In this document: positions 33,845 through 43,557 of the stretch, piece by piece
Layout of the letters: every line of letters starts with the position of its first letter
How positions within the stretch are numbered: the stretch's first letter is position 1
Source of the DNA: a virus
Lineage: Duplodnaviria; Caudoviricetes
Virus record (IMG/VR): IMGVR_UViG_3300035659_000020
Location: 1-52,287 of that record
Reading direction: 5' to 3' (one strand)
DNA: 52,287 bases
Translations under genes and position numbers: made by a program
The notes under the pieces: generated by a model
Told to the model about the DNA's origin: nothing
Databases searched by the model: none
The model's input: only the letters and a program-made list of their open reading frames with translations

Positions 33845-36487
33845 ATGCCTGTTGGCGAGCTTGTTCTACTTCAGCTAAATGATACGGCAGTTGCCAGCCA
33901 TAAATCTGGCTATATTGCTGGTCTTTCTACGGCAGTAACGAGTAAATCTGCCTATCTACGTGGTGGTATTATACCTACACCATCTAGTAAGGCCGCGTAT
34001 CTAAAAGGTTCGTCAACAAGTGAATCAAGCAAATCAGCATATCTAAAGGGGGCTAGTACTGCAATAACTAGTAATTCCGCTTATGTAAAAGGTGGAATCA
34101 CTTCTACTTCAAGCAAATCTGCTTATCTAAAAGGCAGTTCTACAGAGGTTACACAAAACTCTGCTTATTTGCAAGGAAGTTCAATAGCTATTACAAATAA
34201 GCCTGCTTATATAAAGGGGCAAAATTATACAACTTCCTTTAAGTCTGCCTATCTAATTGGTAAAAATACTTCTGTAACTTCTAACTATGCTTATTTGAAA
34301 GGATTATCATTATCTATTTCAAATAAATCAGCATATTTAAAAGGACAAAGTTATGGTATTACTAGTCGTTCTGCTTATGTCAGGGGTCAATCTACTGCTA
34401 GTACAAATAAATCTTCTTATTTAGTTGGAAAATCTACAAGTGAATCAAGTAAACATGCATACTTAGTTGGTCGTATTTCAACAACTACCAGTATTTCTGC
34501 TTATATACAAGGTGCTTTAACAGGAACAGAAACATCATCTCAAGTTTCTGCATATATGATAGGTGCTGGAGATATTGATTCTGTAGTTACTTATATTACA
34601 TTCATAATTCCAGGTAAACCTGGAAAAACAGCAGTTACAAGTGTTCATGCTTACTTATCAGGCCCAGTTAGTGCTGTAGGTTCTATTCATGCTTACTTAA
34701 AAGGTGGAGTAGTTTCTACAACTTCTGCCCATGTATATCTAAAAGGTCAATTAACAGGTAATACATCTAAGCCTGCATATCTAATAGGACAGTCTATTAG
34801 CATTACTTCCAAGTCTGCATATTTACGTGGACAGTCTAGTGAAGTAAGTTCAAAAAGTGCTTATCTACGCGGTGCATCTTCAACAGCCACTTCTAAACCA
34901 GCATACTTAATTGGGGGAATAAAAGTTTCAGTAGGTCAACCAGCCTATACTAAAGGTCTTTCAGTTGTAACTACATCTAAAACTGCCTACTTAGTTGGTT
35001 ATGCTACTAATGTAAGTACAGTTCATGCATATACAAATGGTAAGGCTTATGGTATATCTAACAAAGCAGCTTATTTATCTGGTGGTTTGAAAGTATCTAC
35101 ATCAAAACCAGCCTATATAGTAGGAAAAACCTTTGTTGTAGATAGTAAACATGCTTATCTATCTGGTGGACTAAAGGTATCTACAACTAAGTCAGCATAT
35201 ATCAAGGGTAAAGATTATGGAGTTTCATCTAAGTCAGCATTTATTCAAGGATATGCTATCAATGTTACGGTTGTACATGCTTATATAAAAGGTAAAGATT
35301 TTGGAGTATCTAGTAAGCACGCTTATATAGAAGGTATTGTTAGAACTGTTACCCATGCCTACTTACGTGGTGGGGTTATTACAATTACTCAGAAGTCTGC
35401 TTATATAAAAGGCAGAGATTATTCAGTAACTAACAAGCCTGCATATATTCGTGGGTCAACTCCTGTTACAAGTAGTAAATCTGCTTATTTACGTGGTAAA
35501 AGTGATATACAAACTGTAGCCCATGCCTATATTAGAGGACAATCTAGTAGTGTAACAAGTAAATCTGCATTTATTAGTGGTAAGAGTCTAACTACTTCTA
35601 GCAAATCTGCTTATATAGCTGGTAAGATAAATGTATCTACTTCTAAACCAGCATACATGGTTACAAATGCAGTTACACAATCAGTTGTACATGCTTACAC
35701 AGTTGGTTATTCTGCAAATAGAACCACTGCTCCTGCTTATTTACGTGGGCGAGCGTTTGGTGTAACAAGTAAGCCAGCCTTTATCAGCGGTATTATACGG
35801 TCAACTAAACATGCTTACTTATCTGGTAAATCATTAGTATCTTCTAATAAATCAGCATACTTAAAAGGTAAAGATACTGCAAATAGTTCTAAATCTGCTT
35901 ACTTAGCAGGTAAATCTTTACTAATTACATCTAAATCAGCCTATCTACGTGGTCAATCAACTACTAGTAGCAGTAAACATGCATACTTAGCAGGGAAAAT
36001 CAGCAGTATTTCTTCAAAATCTGCTTATTTATCTGGTAAATCAAGCATTAATTCTACAAAAAGTGCTTATTTATCTGGAAAAACTTTAATAAATTCAAAT
36101 ATTCATGCTTACCTAAATGGTGGTATAATTGTAAGTAGTCAAATACCAGCATTTGTAGCTGGATATGCAGTTATAAGTACATACGTACATGCTTATCTAG
36201 CAGGATTTTCAGCTAATGTAACTTATGCTAATGCTTACATGTATGGTGTAGTAGGAGCAAAAAGTTCTACACATGCTTATCTAGCAGGCACAGTTCCACA
36301 TGTAATTCATAAGATAGAATGTAAGACAGTAATAAATACCAAGATACAATTTAGAACTATTATAAATAAAGAAATAAAATTCAATACAACAATTGCCACA
36401 CATGCAGCATTTATTACAAGGGTAGATACAACTGTAGATGAAGTGGTTAATATAAATTCAAAAATAAAAAGGATTGTAAAAATATGA
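33845..36487 (+). CDS. 880-aa fibre-like protein with roughly 55 copies of the same 14-aa repeat
   Basis: SKSAYLKG/HAYLxG repeats; C-terminal ~10-aa periodic KIxFxTxIN segment. Confidence 0.8.
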   Translation: MPVGELVLLQLNDTAVASHKSGYIAGLSTAVTSKSAYLRGGIIPTPSSKAAYLKGSSTSESSKSAYLKGASTAITSNSAYVKGGITSTSSKSAYLKGSSTEVTQNSAYLQGSSIAITNKPAYIKGQNYTTSFKSAYLIGKNTSVTSNYAYLKGLSLSISNKSAYLKGQSYGITSRSAYVRGQSTASTNKSSYLVGKSTSESSKHAYLVGRISTTTSISAYIQGALTGTETSSQVSAYMIGAGDIDSVVTYITFIIPGKPGKTAVTSVHAYLSGPVSAVGSIHAYLKGGVVSTTSAHVYLKGQLTGNTSKPAYLIGQSISITSKSAYLRGQSSEVSSKSAYLRGASSTATSKPAYLIGGIKVSVGQPAYTKGLSVVTTSKTAYLVGYATNVSTVHAYTNGKAYGISNKAAYLSGGLKVSTSKPAYIVGKTFVVDSKHAYLSGGLKVSTTKSAYIKGKDYGVSSKSAFIQGYAINVTVVHAYIKGKDFGVSSKHAYIEGIVRTVTHAYLRGGVITITQKSAYIKGRDYSVTNKPAYIRGSTPVTSSKSAYLRGKSDIQTVAHAYIRGQSSSVTSKSAFISGKSLTTSSKSAYIAGKINVSTSKPAYMVTNAVTQSVVHAYTVGYSANRTTAPAYLRGRAFGVTSKPAFISGIIRSTKHAYLSGKSLVSSNKSAYLKGKDTANSSKSAYLAGKSLLITSKSAYLRGQSTTSSSKHAYLAGKISSISSKSAYLSGKSSINSTKSAYLSGKTLINSNIHAYLNGGIIVSSQIPAFVAGYAVISTYVHAYLAGFSANVTYANAYMYGVVGAKSSTHAYLAGTVPHVIHKIECKTVINTKIQFRTIINKEIKFNTTIATHAAFITRVDTTVDEVVNINSKIKRIVKI

Positions 36488-36804
36488 GCCATGTACATAT
36501 ATTCAGAACAGATTATGGGCATCTCTTAGAAGTTCAAGTTAATGAGATTGATGAATTAACTGAAATAGAATCTCCAGCAAATTTATCATTATATTCATCT
36601 ATAACTGTTATTGCTAGAAAACCTGATGATACAATTGTATATTTACCAGCCACTGCTAGTGGCATATATGTAAATGCACTTATACCATCTGGATTTTTCT
36701 CAGAATCAGGACATTATTTATTTGATACTTTATTAGAAAATGCATTACAAAGATTTCACTCAACAGAATTTGGTTTAGATATAGTAATACCAATGGAGGA
36801 ATAA
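36484..36804 (+). CDS. Small beta-sandwich protein, BppU N-terminal-like
   Basis: DYG...NLS....V.ARKPDDT...F.ESGHY pattern (recognition from memory). Confidence 0.5.
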   Translation: MSHVHIFRTDYGHLLEVQVNEIDELTEIESPANLSLYSSITVIARKPDDTIVYLPATASGIYVNALIPSGFFSESGHYLFDTLLENALQRFHSTEFGLDIVIPMEE

Positions 36805-36807
36805 GGT

Positions 36808-38064
36808 ATGGATTACACGGTGCAAGAATCATGCAGGATTTGTAAAGGAAGTTTGAAAAATGTTTTTAGTTTAGGAGATATATATCCATCTGGATTTGTA
36901 GATAAGACTGAAGGAAAACCAATTCCACTATCTCTGGTAGAATGTGAAAATTGTCATCTTGTTCAAGAGAAATATAATGTTCCGCTAGATAATATGTATA
37001 GAACTTATTTCTATCAGTCCGCTATCAATCCATCAATGGTATCATCTCTACAAGAGATTGTTACAGAAATTGAAAGTACAGTAGAAATAAAGGATGATGA
37101 TGTATTAGTAGACATTGGGTGTAATGATGGTACATTATTTACTCTGTATAAAAACCAAAATTCATTAAAGGTTGGATTTGACCCTGCCTTGAACTTAGCA
37201 GATAAAGCTAAATCTCATTGTGATTTCTTTATCAATGATTACTTTCAAGACAATTATCCTGTTACGTTGGGAAAGGCTAAAGTTATTACAGCCATAGCTA
37301 TGTTCTATGACTTACCAGACCCAAATAAGTTCATGGATGATATAGATAAAATCATAGCAGATGATGGAATTTTTGTTGTTCAATTTACAGATTTAGCATC
37401 TATGCTGAAAATTAATGCCTTTGATAATATCTGTCATGAACATCTAGAGTATTATAAATTAGCAGATATAGTAGATTTATTCTATAAGCATAACCTTACT
37501 GTTTTTAGAGTATCTTATAATCAAGTAAATGGTGGAAGTATTAGAATATTTGCTAGTAAACTTTCTACATTTCCAATTGAAAAAAGTGTTACACCATCTA
37601 TAATGGGTGAAAGAATTTATCTAGATAGTGCTGAGGGTTCTATGAAGGCATTTTCAGCTAGAATAAAGAATGTAAAACATATTGTTTTAGAATTTCTACA
37701 AAGAAGCAGAGATGGAGGACTTGTAATATATGGATTGGGAGCATCAACAAAGGGGAATGTAGTATTGCAATATTTTGGAATAAATAAAAATCTACTTAAA
37801 GCAATAGGAGAATTAAATAAAGATAAGTTTGGCAAAGTTACGGTAGGAACTGAAATTCCAATAATTTCAGAAGAAGATGTTTTTAAAGAATATCCAGATT
37901 TACTGCTTCTATTGCCCTGGCACTTTCTTGATACTTTTATAAATAAAAATATAAAGTTTTTAATGGATGGGGGTGCTTTTATAGTTACTATGCCCCTACC
38001 TATGATATATTATATGGAAGAAAATAAAATAAAAGGAACTCCTTTAGAGGAAGTACTGCCATGA
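36808..38064 (+). CDS. NDP-hexose C3-methyltransferase family protein
   Basis: CRIC...CENCHLVQ Zn site, DIGCNDG, AMFYDL, FDNICHEHLEYY, NGGSIR, GASTKGN, PWHF. Confidence 0.9.
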   Translation: MDYTVQESCRICKGSLKNVFSLGDIYPSGFVDKTEGKPIPLSLVECENCHLVQEKYNVPLDNMYRTYFYQSAINPSMVSSLQEIVTEIESTVEIKDDDVLVDIGCNDGTLFTLYKNQNSLKVGFDPALNLADKAKSHCDFFINDYFQDNYPVTLGKAKVITAIAMFYDLPDPNKFMDDIDKIIADDGIFVVQFTDLASMLKINAFDNICHEHLEYYKLADIVDLFYKHNLTVFRVSYNQVNGGSIRIFASKLSTFPIEKSVTPSIMGERIYLDSAEGSMKAFSARIKNVKHIVLEFLQRSRDGGLVIYGLGASTKGNVVLQYFGINKNLLKAIGELNKDKFGKVTVGTEIPIISEEDVFKEYPDLLLLLPWHFLDTFINKNIKFLMDGGAFIVTMPLPMIYYMEENKIKGTPLEEVLP

Positions 38065-38852
38065 AAAAAGATTTAATTGGAAAAAGATTTGGTAGATTAA
38101 TTGTTTTATCAAAATCAGAAAAAACAGATAAAGCGGGTAATTATTATTTGAATTGTAAATGTGATTGTGGAAATGAAAAAGAAATATGTTGGATAAGTTT
38201 GGTATATGGAAGAACAATTAGTTGTGGTTGTTTTAGAAAAGAACAGGCACTGCAGGCTACTAAAAAACTAGATTCTGGTGTAGCTGCGGATTTACTATAC
38301 TTAAAATATAAACATCAGGCAACCAGACGTGGTATTTTCTTCAATTTAACAAAAGAAGAATTTACTAATCTTGTTTTTAGTAATTGTTATTATTGTAATG
38401 AACTTCCATCCAATTCATTTAATAATTATAGAAGAAAAAATCATGCTAAACATCTAATTATTTTATATAATGGTATTGATAGATTAGATTCTACAAAAGG
38501 ATATGAAAAAGGAAATGTAGTATCTTGTTGTAAAATATGTAATTATGCAAAGAGGTCTTTATCAGAAGAACAATTTAAGAGTTGGATAAAACGTGTATAT
38601 ACAAATCTATATCATAAAGTTACTGATAGAACACCTGGAGAATTGGTAGATTCTTTAATCACAGCAGATATAAAATGTTTTCTAGCACAAGAAGATATGC
38701 TAAAAGAAAATCTTTCTGATGAAGAACGTGTAATTGCTGGTGAAAAATCACAACGTTATAATGCAAAAAGAAATTCTTTAATATCTTCCATAAATAAAGT
38801 ATTAGATTATTCAGACGATAGAATTATAGAAAAGACCTACGAAAACAAATGA
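38061..38852 (+). CDS. HNH endonuclease fused to a C-terminal helical domain
   Basis: DLIGKRFGRL, CKCDCG, SCGC, CYYC, NGIDRLDS, CCKICNYAK, then TPGELVDSL...NAKRNSLI. Confidence 0.8.
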   Translation: MKKDLIGKRFGRLIVLSKSEKTDKAGNYYLNCKCDCGNEKEICWISLVYGRTISCGCFRKEQALQATKKLDSGVAADLLYLKYKHQATRRGIFFNLTKEEFTNLVFSNCYYCNELPSNSFNNYRRKNHAKHLIILYNGIDRLDSTKGYEKGNVVSCCKICNYAKRSLSEEQFKSWIKRVYTNLYHKVTDRTPGELVDSLITADIKCFLAQEDMLKENLSDEERVIAGEKSQRYNAKRNSLISSINKVLDYSDDRIIEKTYENK

Positions 38853-39460
38853 CATACTATGGACAATTTTACCCACCTACAGATGAAATTATAGAGCAAT
38901 ATTTCCCAAAAGAATATATTGGAGTGGCAGTTGAGATAGGAGCAGCACAAGGAATAGCCGCATCAAATACACTTCATTTTGAACAGCTCGGTTGGAAATG
39001 CTTATGTATAGAACCTAATCTAAGATTATATAAACAACTTGTAATGAACAGACAACATGTTCTAAATTATGCAATTTCAGACCGTAACGAAGATAATGTA
39101 GATTTTTATGCTGTTGGATTTGATGGTGATGAAACTGCTGTAAGTTCTTTACATTTAAATCAAGGATTAATGGAACAAGAGAAAAGTACACACAGAAATG
39201 CTATAGTTCGTACAGTAAAAGTTAATATTAGAACATTAGATTTTTGTTTAAAAGATTTTTCTCCTACTATAGATTTTGTATCCATAGATACTGAAGGAAC
39301 TGAATTAGATGTATTAAAAGGATTTAGTATTTCTAAATATCAACCAAAGTTATTGATTATTGAAAATAATTTTGAAACTCCAGATATAGAAGAATATCTA
39401 AGTCATTTTGGATATATAAAAACAGCAAGGCATGAAATAAATGATTTCTATACCAAATAA
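38849..39460 (+). CDS. FkbM-family methyltransferase
   Basis: VEIGAAQG...SNT, IEPN, IDFVSIDTEGTELDVLKG. Confidence 0.9.
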   Translation: MTYYGQFYPPTDEIIEQYFPKEYIGVAVEIGAAQGIAASNTLHFEQLGWKCLCIEPNLRLYKQLVMNRQHVLNYAISDRNEDNVDFYAVGFDGDETAVSSLHLNQGLMEQEKSTHRNAIVRTVKVNIRTLDFCLKDFSPTIDFVSIDTEGTELDVLKGFSISKYQPKLLIIENNFETPDIEEYLSHFGYIKTARHEINDFYTK

Positions 39461-40031
39461 TTATTTTACAGAAGGGGCTGCTGAATATCTTTTAACTTTA
39501 TTTTATAAAGATTTTAAAGGTATTATAGTAGATATAGGTGCTCATAGTAACTATAGAAGTAATAGTTTACTTCTGGAAGTAGGTGGTTGGAAAGTATTTT
39601 GTGTAGAGCCTAATCCACACTGTATAAATAAATTGATAGATAGAAAACATTTTCATCAATTAGCTATTGGAGCAGAAAATAAAGATAATGTAGATTTTTA
39701 TATATATCATGAAGAAGATGAACAGTCGTGGACTGGACTTACTAATTATATAGGTATATCTCTAAAAGAAATAGTAAAAGTGAGAATGGTAACTTTAGAT
39801 TACTTCTTAGAATCAGTAGCAAAAGTAGACCATGTGGATATACTATCTATAGATGTTGAAGGATGGGAAATGGAAGTATTAAAGGGAGTAGATTTAGATA
39901 AATGGAAAGTCAAAGTTATTTGTATAGAAAATTGGGAAGATTTACCAGAACAAAATTTTTATCTATTAAGTAAAGGATATAAAAAACTTAATAGAATATT
40001 ATTTAATAATTTTTGGATAAAAGATTTATGA
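39441..40031 (+). CDS. FkbM-family methyltransferase
   Basis: VDIGAH, VEPNP, DILSIDVEGWEMEVLKG. Confidence 0.9.
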   Translation: MISIPNNYFTEGAAEYLLTLFYKDFKGIIVDIGAHSNYRSNSLLLEVGGWKVFCVEPNPHCINKLIDRKHFHQLAIGAENKDNVDFYIYHEEDEQSWTGLTNYIGISLKEIVKVRMVTLDYFLESVAKVDHVDILSIDVEGWEMEVLKGVDLDKWKVKVICIENWEDLPEQNFYLLSKGYKKLNRILFNNFWIKDL

Positions 40032-40600
40032 AAGTAACATTTATAACACCATTAACAAGACCCTATAATATAAAACTAATGCATAATTCTATTATGGCAA
40101 GTGTAACTAAGGATGTTGATTGGGATTGGATTATAGTTGAAGATGGAGATTCATTACTTGATGCTGGTGACTGTCTTGGTACTAAATATATATCATACCC
40201 CAGTAATGATAAAGGTTTATCTGGAAATCCACAAAGAAATATTGCACTAGACCATGTAGATTGTGGCAGATATGTTTACTTCTTAGACGATGATAATATC
40301 ATACACTCTAATTTATTTATTCGTGCCACTAAGATATTAGGAAATTCTAATAAAGCATTAATCTTTTCACAGGTATATAAAATAGGAGTACCAAGATTAG
40401 TTCCTCAGTCTGATAGAATAGTACCTTGTCACATAGATACTGCCCAATTTTTGATACCAAGAGATTTAATAGGTGATTTGAAATGGGAACCTTGGAACTA
40501 CTGTGGTGATGGTACTTTTTTTAGTACTCTTTATAATCAACATAAGGAGAGGTTTATAATAACTAATGAAATATTATGTTATTATAACTATCTAAAATGA
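40028..40600 (+). CDS. GT2-like glycosyltransferase
   Basis: FITP, WIIVED, QRNIALD, YFLDDDN, IDTAQ, GDG. Confidence 0.85.
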   Translation: MKVTFITPLTRPYNIKLMHNSIMASVTKDVDWDWIIVEDGDSLLDAGDCLGTKYISYPSNDKGLSGNPQRNIALDHVDCGRYVYFLDDDNIIHSNLFIRATKILGNSNKALIFSQVYKIGVPRLVPQSDRIVPCHIDTAQFLIPRDLIGDLKWEPWNYCGDGTFFSTLYNQHKERFIITNEILCYYNYLK

Positions 40601-41358
40601 TTTTAAATCTTTGGGGTTCACTCGGGGACCATGTAATTATGACAGGTATACCAGAGGCTTATTTTCATGTCTTTGGAGAAAAAACTAAAATAAGAAATAA
40701 ACTTAGTGAATTATTTTGGGATAATAATCCATATGTAACAGAAGAAAGTATAGGAAAAGATTGTTATTTCAACGCTAATACTGTAGATACTTATAAATTT
40801 TACTACCCACAAAGAGTATTTTATGATATTACAGGGCTGTGGATAGATAGAGAAGATGTTCAACCTAATTTATATATACCTAGAAAAACTGTTCCAAAAC
40901 TTGTAATAATGAATGACCAAGCAGGCTGGCCTTCTAGAAGAGGTTATAGATATCTTACTAACTTATCCAGACGATTAATGGAGAGTGGATATACAGTAGT
41001 GTATCTAAGAAATAATGGATTTAAAGATTGTACAAATAAAATATCAGCAGGCCAAATATGGAGTTCTCACTACACATTGGAAGATTTACCAATGGTACAA
41101 TTAATAGATAAAATGTCAGAAGCGGCTCTTTATATAGGATATGATAGTGGTCTATCAGCATTGGCAGGAGCATTGAAGATACCATACATAACTTTTTATG
41201 GTAGTATACCAGCAATAAATACAACACATTTTACCTGTATCTACGCCATAGATGAATGTGACCACTGTTGCACAGACCAATGCAATAAAAATTGTTTAAC
41301 CTTATATGAGGATAAGACAGATAAAATAATGGAAAGGATTAAAACACATGGAATTTAA
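40597..41358 (+). CDS. GT9-like (heptosyltransferase-fold) glycosyltransferase
   Basis: SLGDHVI, NNPYV, YIGYDSGLSALAGALKIPYITFYG. Confidence 0.8.
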   Translation: MILNLWGSLGDHVIMTGIPEAYFHVFGEKTKIRNKLSELFWDNNPYVTEESIGKDCYFNANTVDTYKFYYPQRVFYDITGLWIDREDVQPNLYIPRKTVPKLVIMNDQAGWPSRRGYRYLTNLSRRLMESGYTVVYLRNNGFKDCTNKISAGQIWSSHYTLEDLPMVQLIDKMSEAALYIGYDSGLSALAGALKIPYITFYGSIPAINTTHFTCIYAIDECDHCCTDQCNKNCLTLYEDKTDKIMERIKTHGI

Positions 41359-42034
41359 TTTATGTATACCAACACTAAATAGGTATGATTTATTAATAAG
41401 ATGTTTAGAATCAGCGGAAGCTGGAACACTAAAACCTACAGCTTATTATATAATTGACAATGGAATGAATTTAGATTTGAATACTATACCAAAAGAATTT
41501 GGAAATAGAGTTTATATAGCAAAAGTAAAATATAATTTAGGAGTAGCTAGAAGTTGGAACTGGTTTATTGATAATATAAAAGACCATATTATTTTTTGTA
41601 ATGATGATATAGAATTCTATGAAGATTCTATTGAAAAATTAATGAGTGGTTATGATGAAAATTTTGCAATTTATCCTGCAATTGGCTCAACATCATTCTC
41701 TTTAATACAATTTCCTAGAAAGATATTTGAAGATGTAGGATATTTTGATGAGGGTATATCCCCCTTTTATGCCTATTTTGAAGATAATGATTATCACTAT
41801 AGAATGAAATTAAAAGGATATGATATAAAATCTATAAATGGTTGTAAAGTAAAACATGTGGGAAGTGCTACCATTAAAAAATTTACCATTCTAGAGCAAA
41901 ATATGCATCACGGTAAATTTGAGGCAGCAAAATATAGATATCTTATAAAGTGGGGTGGAATTCCTGGTAAGGAAAAATTCACAGAACCATTTGATGGGAA
42001 AGAAAATGGCATTACAAGAAAAGATAACTCCTGA
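41348..42034 (+). CDS. GT2-like glycosyltransferase
   Basis: IPTLNR, IIDNG, NLGVARSWN, NDDI, GYFDE, YFEDNDY, HVGSAT. Confidence 0.88.
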   Translation: MEFNLCIPTLNRYDLLIRCLESAEAGTLKPTAYYIIDNGMNLDLNTIPKEFGNRVYIAKVKYNLGVARSWNWFIDNIKDHIIFCNDDIEFYEDSIEKLMSGYDENFAIYPAIGSTSFSLIQFPRKIFEDVGYFDEGISPFYAYFEDNDYHYRMKLKGYDIKSINGCKVKHVGSATIKKFTILEQNMHHGKFEAAKYRYLIKWGGIPGKEKFTEPFDGKENGITRKDNS

Positions 42035-43550
42035 AGAATGGCATCTATATGAACTTTTAAAACATCCAGTTTTATTTGGGGAGTTTTATAGAAATCTAGA
42101 TACACCAGCATATGCAACTAAAAAATTTGAATACTCTGGGTATCAGAAAGAATATTTATGTGATTTTAGTCATTACGTATCTCTTTGTTGTGGTAGAGCA
42201 GTAGGTAAAACTGTAACTCTAACAGATTATATCTTATGGATACTTATAAATAATTTCTTTCCAAATGAATATATCTTATATACAGTCCCAAATAAAGTTC
42301 ATTTAGAGCCTGTATTTACAAATCTAATAAAATATTTAAGAAGTAATACACTTCTGAAAAATTTTATAGAACCAAAACGAGGAATTAATTCATCCAGTTA
42401 TTCAATTACATTGTTGAATAATGCACAATTATTATGTAGAATTGCTGGACAATCAGGAACGGGTGCAAATGTAATTGGTACTCATACACCAATTATTATC
42501 CTAGATGAATCTGGATACTACCCTTGGGGAACTTGGTTGGAATTACAACCTGTTCTAAATACATGGGCAGATGGATTCAAATTATGGGTATCAGGTGTTC
42601 CTACAGGACTGAGAGAGAATTGCGTTATCTATTTGGCTGATGAGATTATGGATGAATATTCTCATCATAGAACTTCTGCTCATGAAAATCCAAGATATAC
42701 AGAAGAAGATGAAGTAAAGAATATAAAACAATATGGAGGGCCTGATAGTGAAGACTATATCCATATTGTTTTAGGAAGACATGGTTCTCCAACTTTTGCA
42801 GTATTTGATAGAAGATTAATGAACATAGCTGAATATGCTACTTATAAAATTAGTATGTCTGGTATAGACCATACTTACACAGAAATTATAAATCGTATGG
42901 CACTTATTCCACCCCTACCTCCACATGATATAGCAGTAATGGGAATTGACTTAGGATACACAGAACCCACTTCAATTATGATACTTTATGAGAAAAATGG
43001 TATAATAAAAGAACATGCTAGAATTAATTTTTATAAAGTTGCATATCCAGTACAAGAAAAAATAATTGACTACCTGGATACTAAATTTGGAAGACTAGAA
43101 GTTATTGGTGTAGATGTTGGTAATGAAAAAGGTTTAGTACAACATTTATTAGAAGATGATAACTATCTTCATAAAAATTATGCTAAAAGATTATTTCCAG
43201 TTTCCTTTGGTGCTTGGATAAGTCTGGGAGAAAACTCAGAAGGAGAGGAAATAAAAGTAAAAGTCAAACCTCATAGTGTATCACTACTTCAAGAGTATAC
43301 TAATACACATAAAATCATATATTCATCAACAGATTTTGAATTGATAACAGAACTTGAAAGAATGACATATACTAAAACACCTACAGGAGAAGTTGTTTAT
43401 AAGACACTTACACCTAAAGGTGGTAAACGAGGTGAAGACCATAATACTGCAGCTATGTTATGTGCTATGATGGCATATTATATGTTAATTATAGGATTGT
43501 TATTTTCTAAAGAACAGAAACGATTAGCTAAAAGTAGATGGGTAGTTTAA
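42006..43550 (+). CDS. terL: Terminase large subunit
   Basis: Walker A GRAVGKT, Walker B IILDE, GVPTG, nuclease GIDLGY, C-terminal EDH. Confidence 0.88.
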   Translation: MALQEKITPEEWHLYELLKHPVLFGEFYRNLDTPAYATKKFEYSGYQKEYLCDFSHYVSLCCGRAVGKTVTLTDYILWILINNFFPNEYILYTVPNKVHLEPVFTNLIKYLRSNTLLKNFIEPKRGINSSSYSITLLNNAQLLCRIAGQSGTGANVIGTHTPIIILDESGYYPWGTWLELQPVLNTWADGFKLWVSGVPTGLRENCVIYLADEIMDEYSHHRTSAHENPRYTEEDEVKNIKQYGGPDSEDYIHIVLGRHGSPTFAVFDRRLMNIAEYATYKISMSGIDHTYTEIINRMALIPPLPPHDIAVMGIDLGYTEPTSIMILYEKNGIIKEHARINFYKVAYPVQEKIIDYLDTKFGRLEVIGVDVGNEKGLVQHLLEDDNYLHKNYAKRLFPVSFGAWISLGENSEGEEIKVKVKPHSVSLLQEYTNTHKIIYSSTDFELITELERMTYTKTPTGEVVYKTLTPKGGKRGEDHNTAAMLCAMMAYYMLIIGLLFSKEQKRLAKSRWVV

Positions 43551-43557
43551 AAATAAC

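Noticed and set aside
29335-36300. CRISPR array or DNA tandem repeat
   Set aside because: The periodicity is a 42-nt coding repeat with synonymous divergence inside open frames; no identical repeats with unique spacers and no cas genes.
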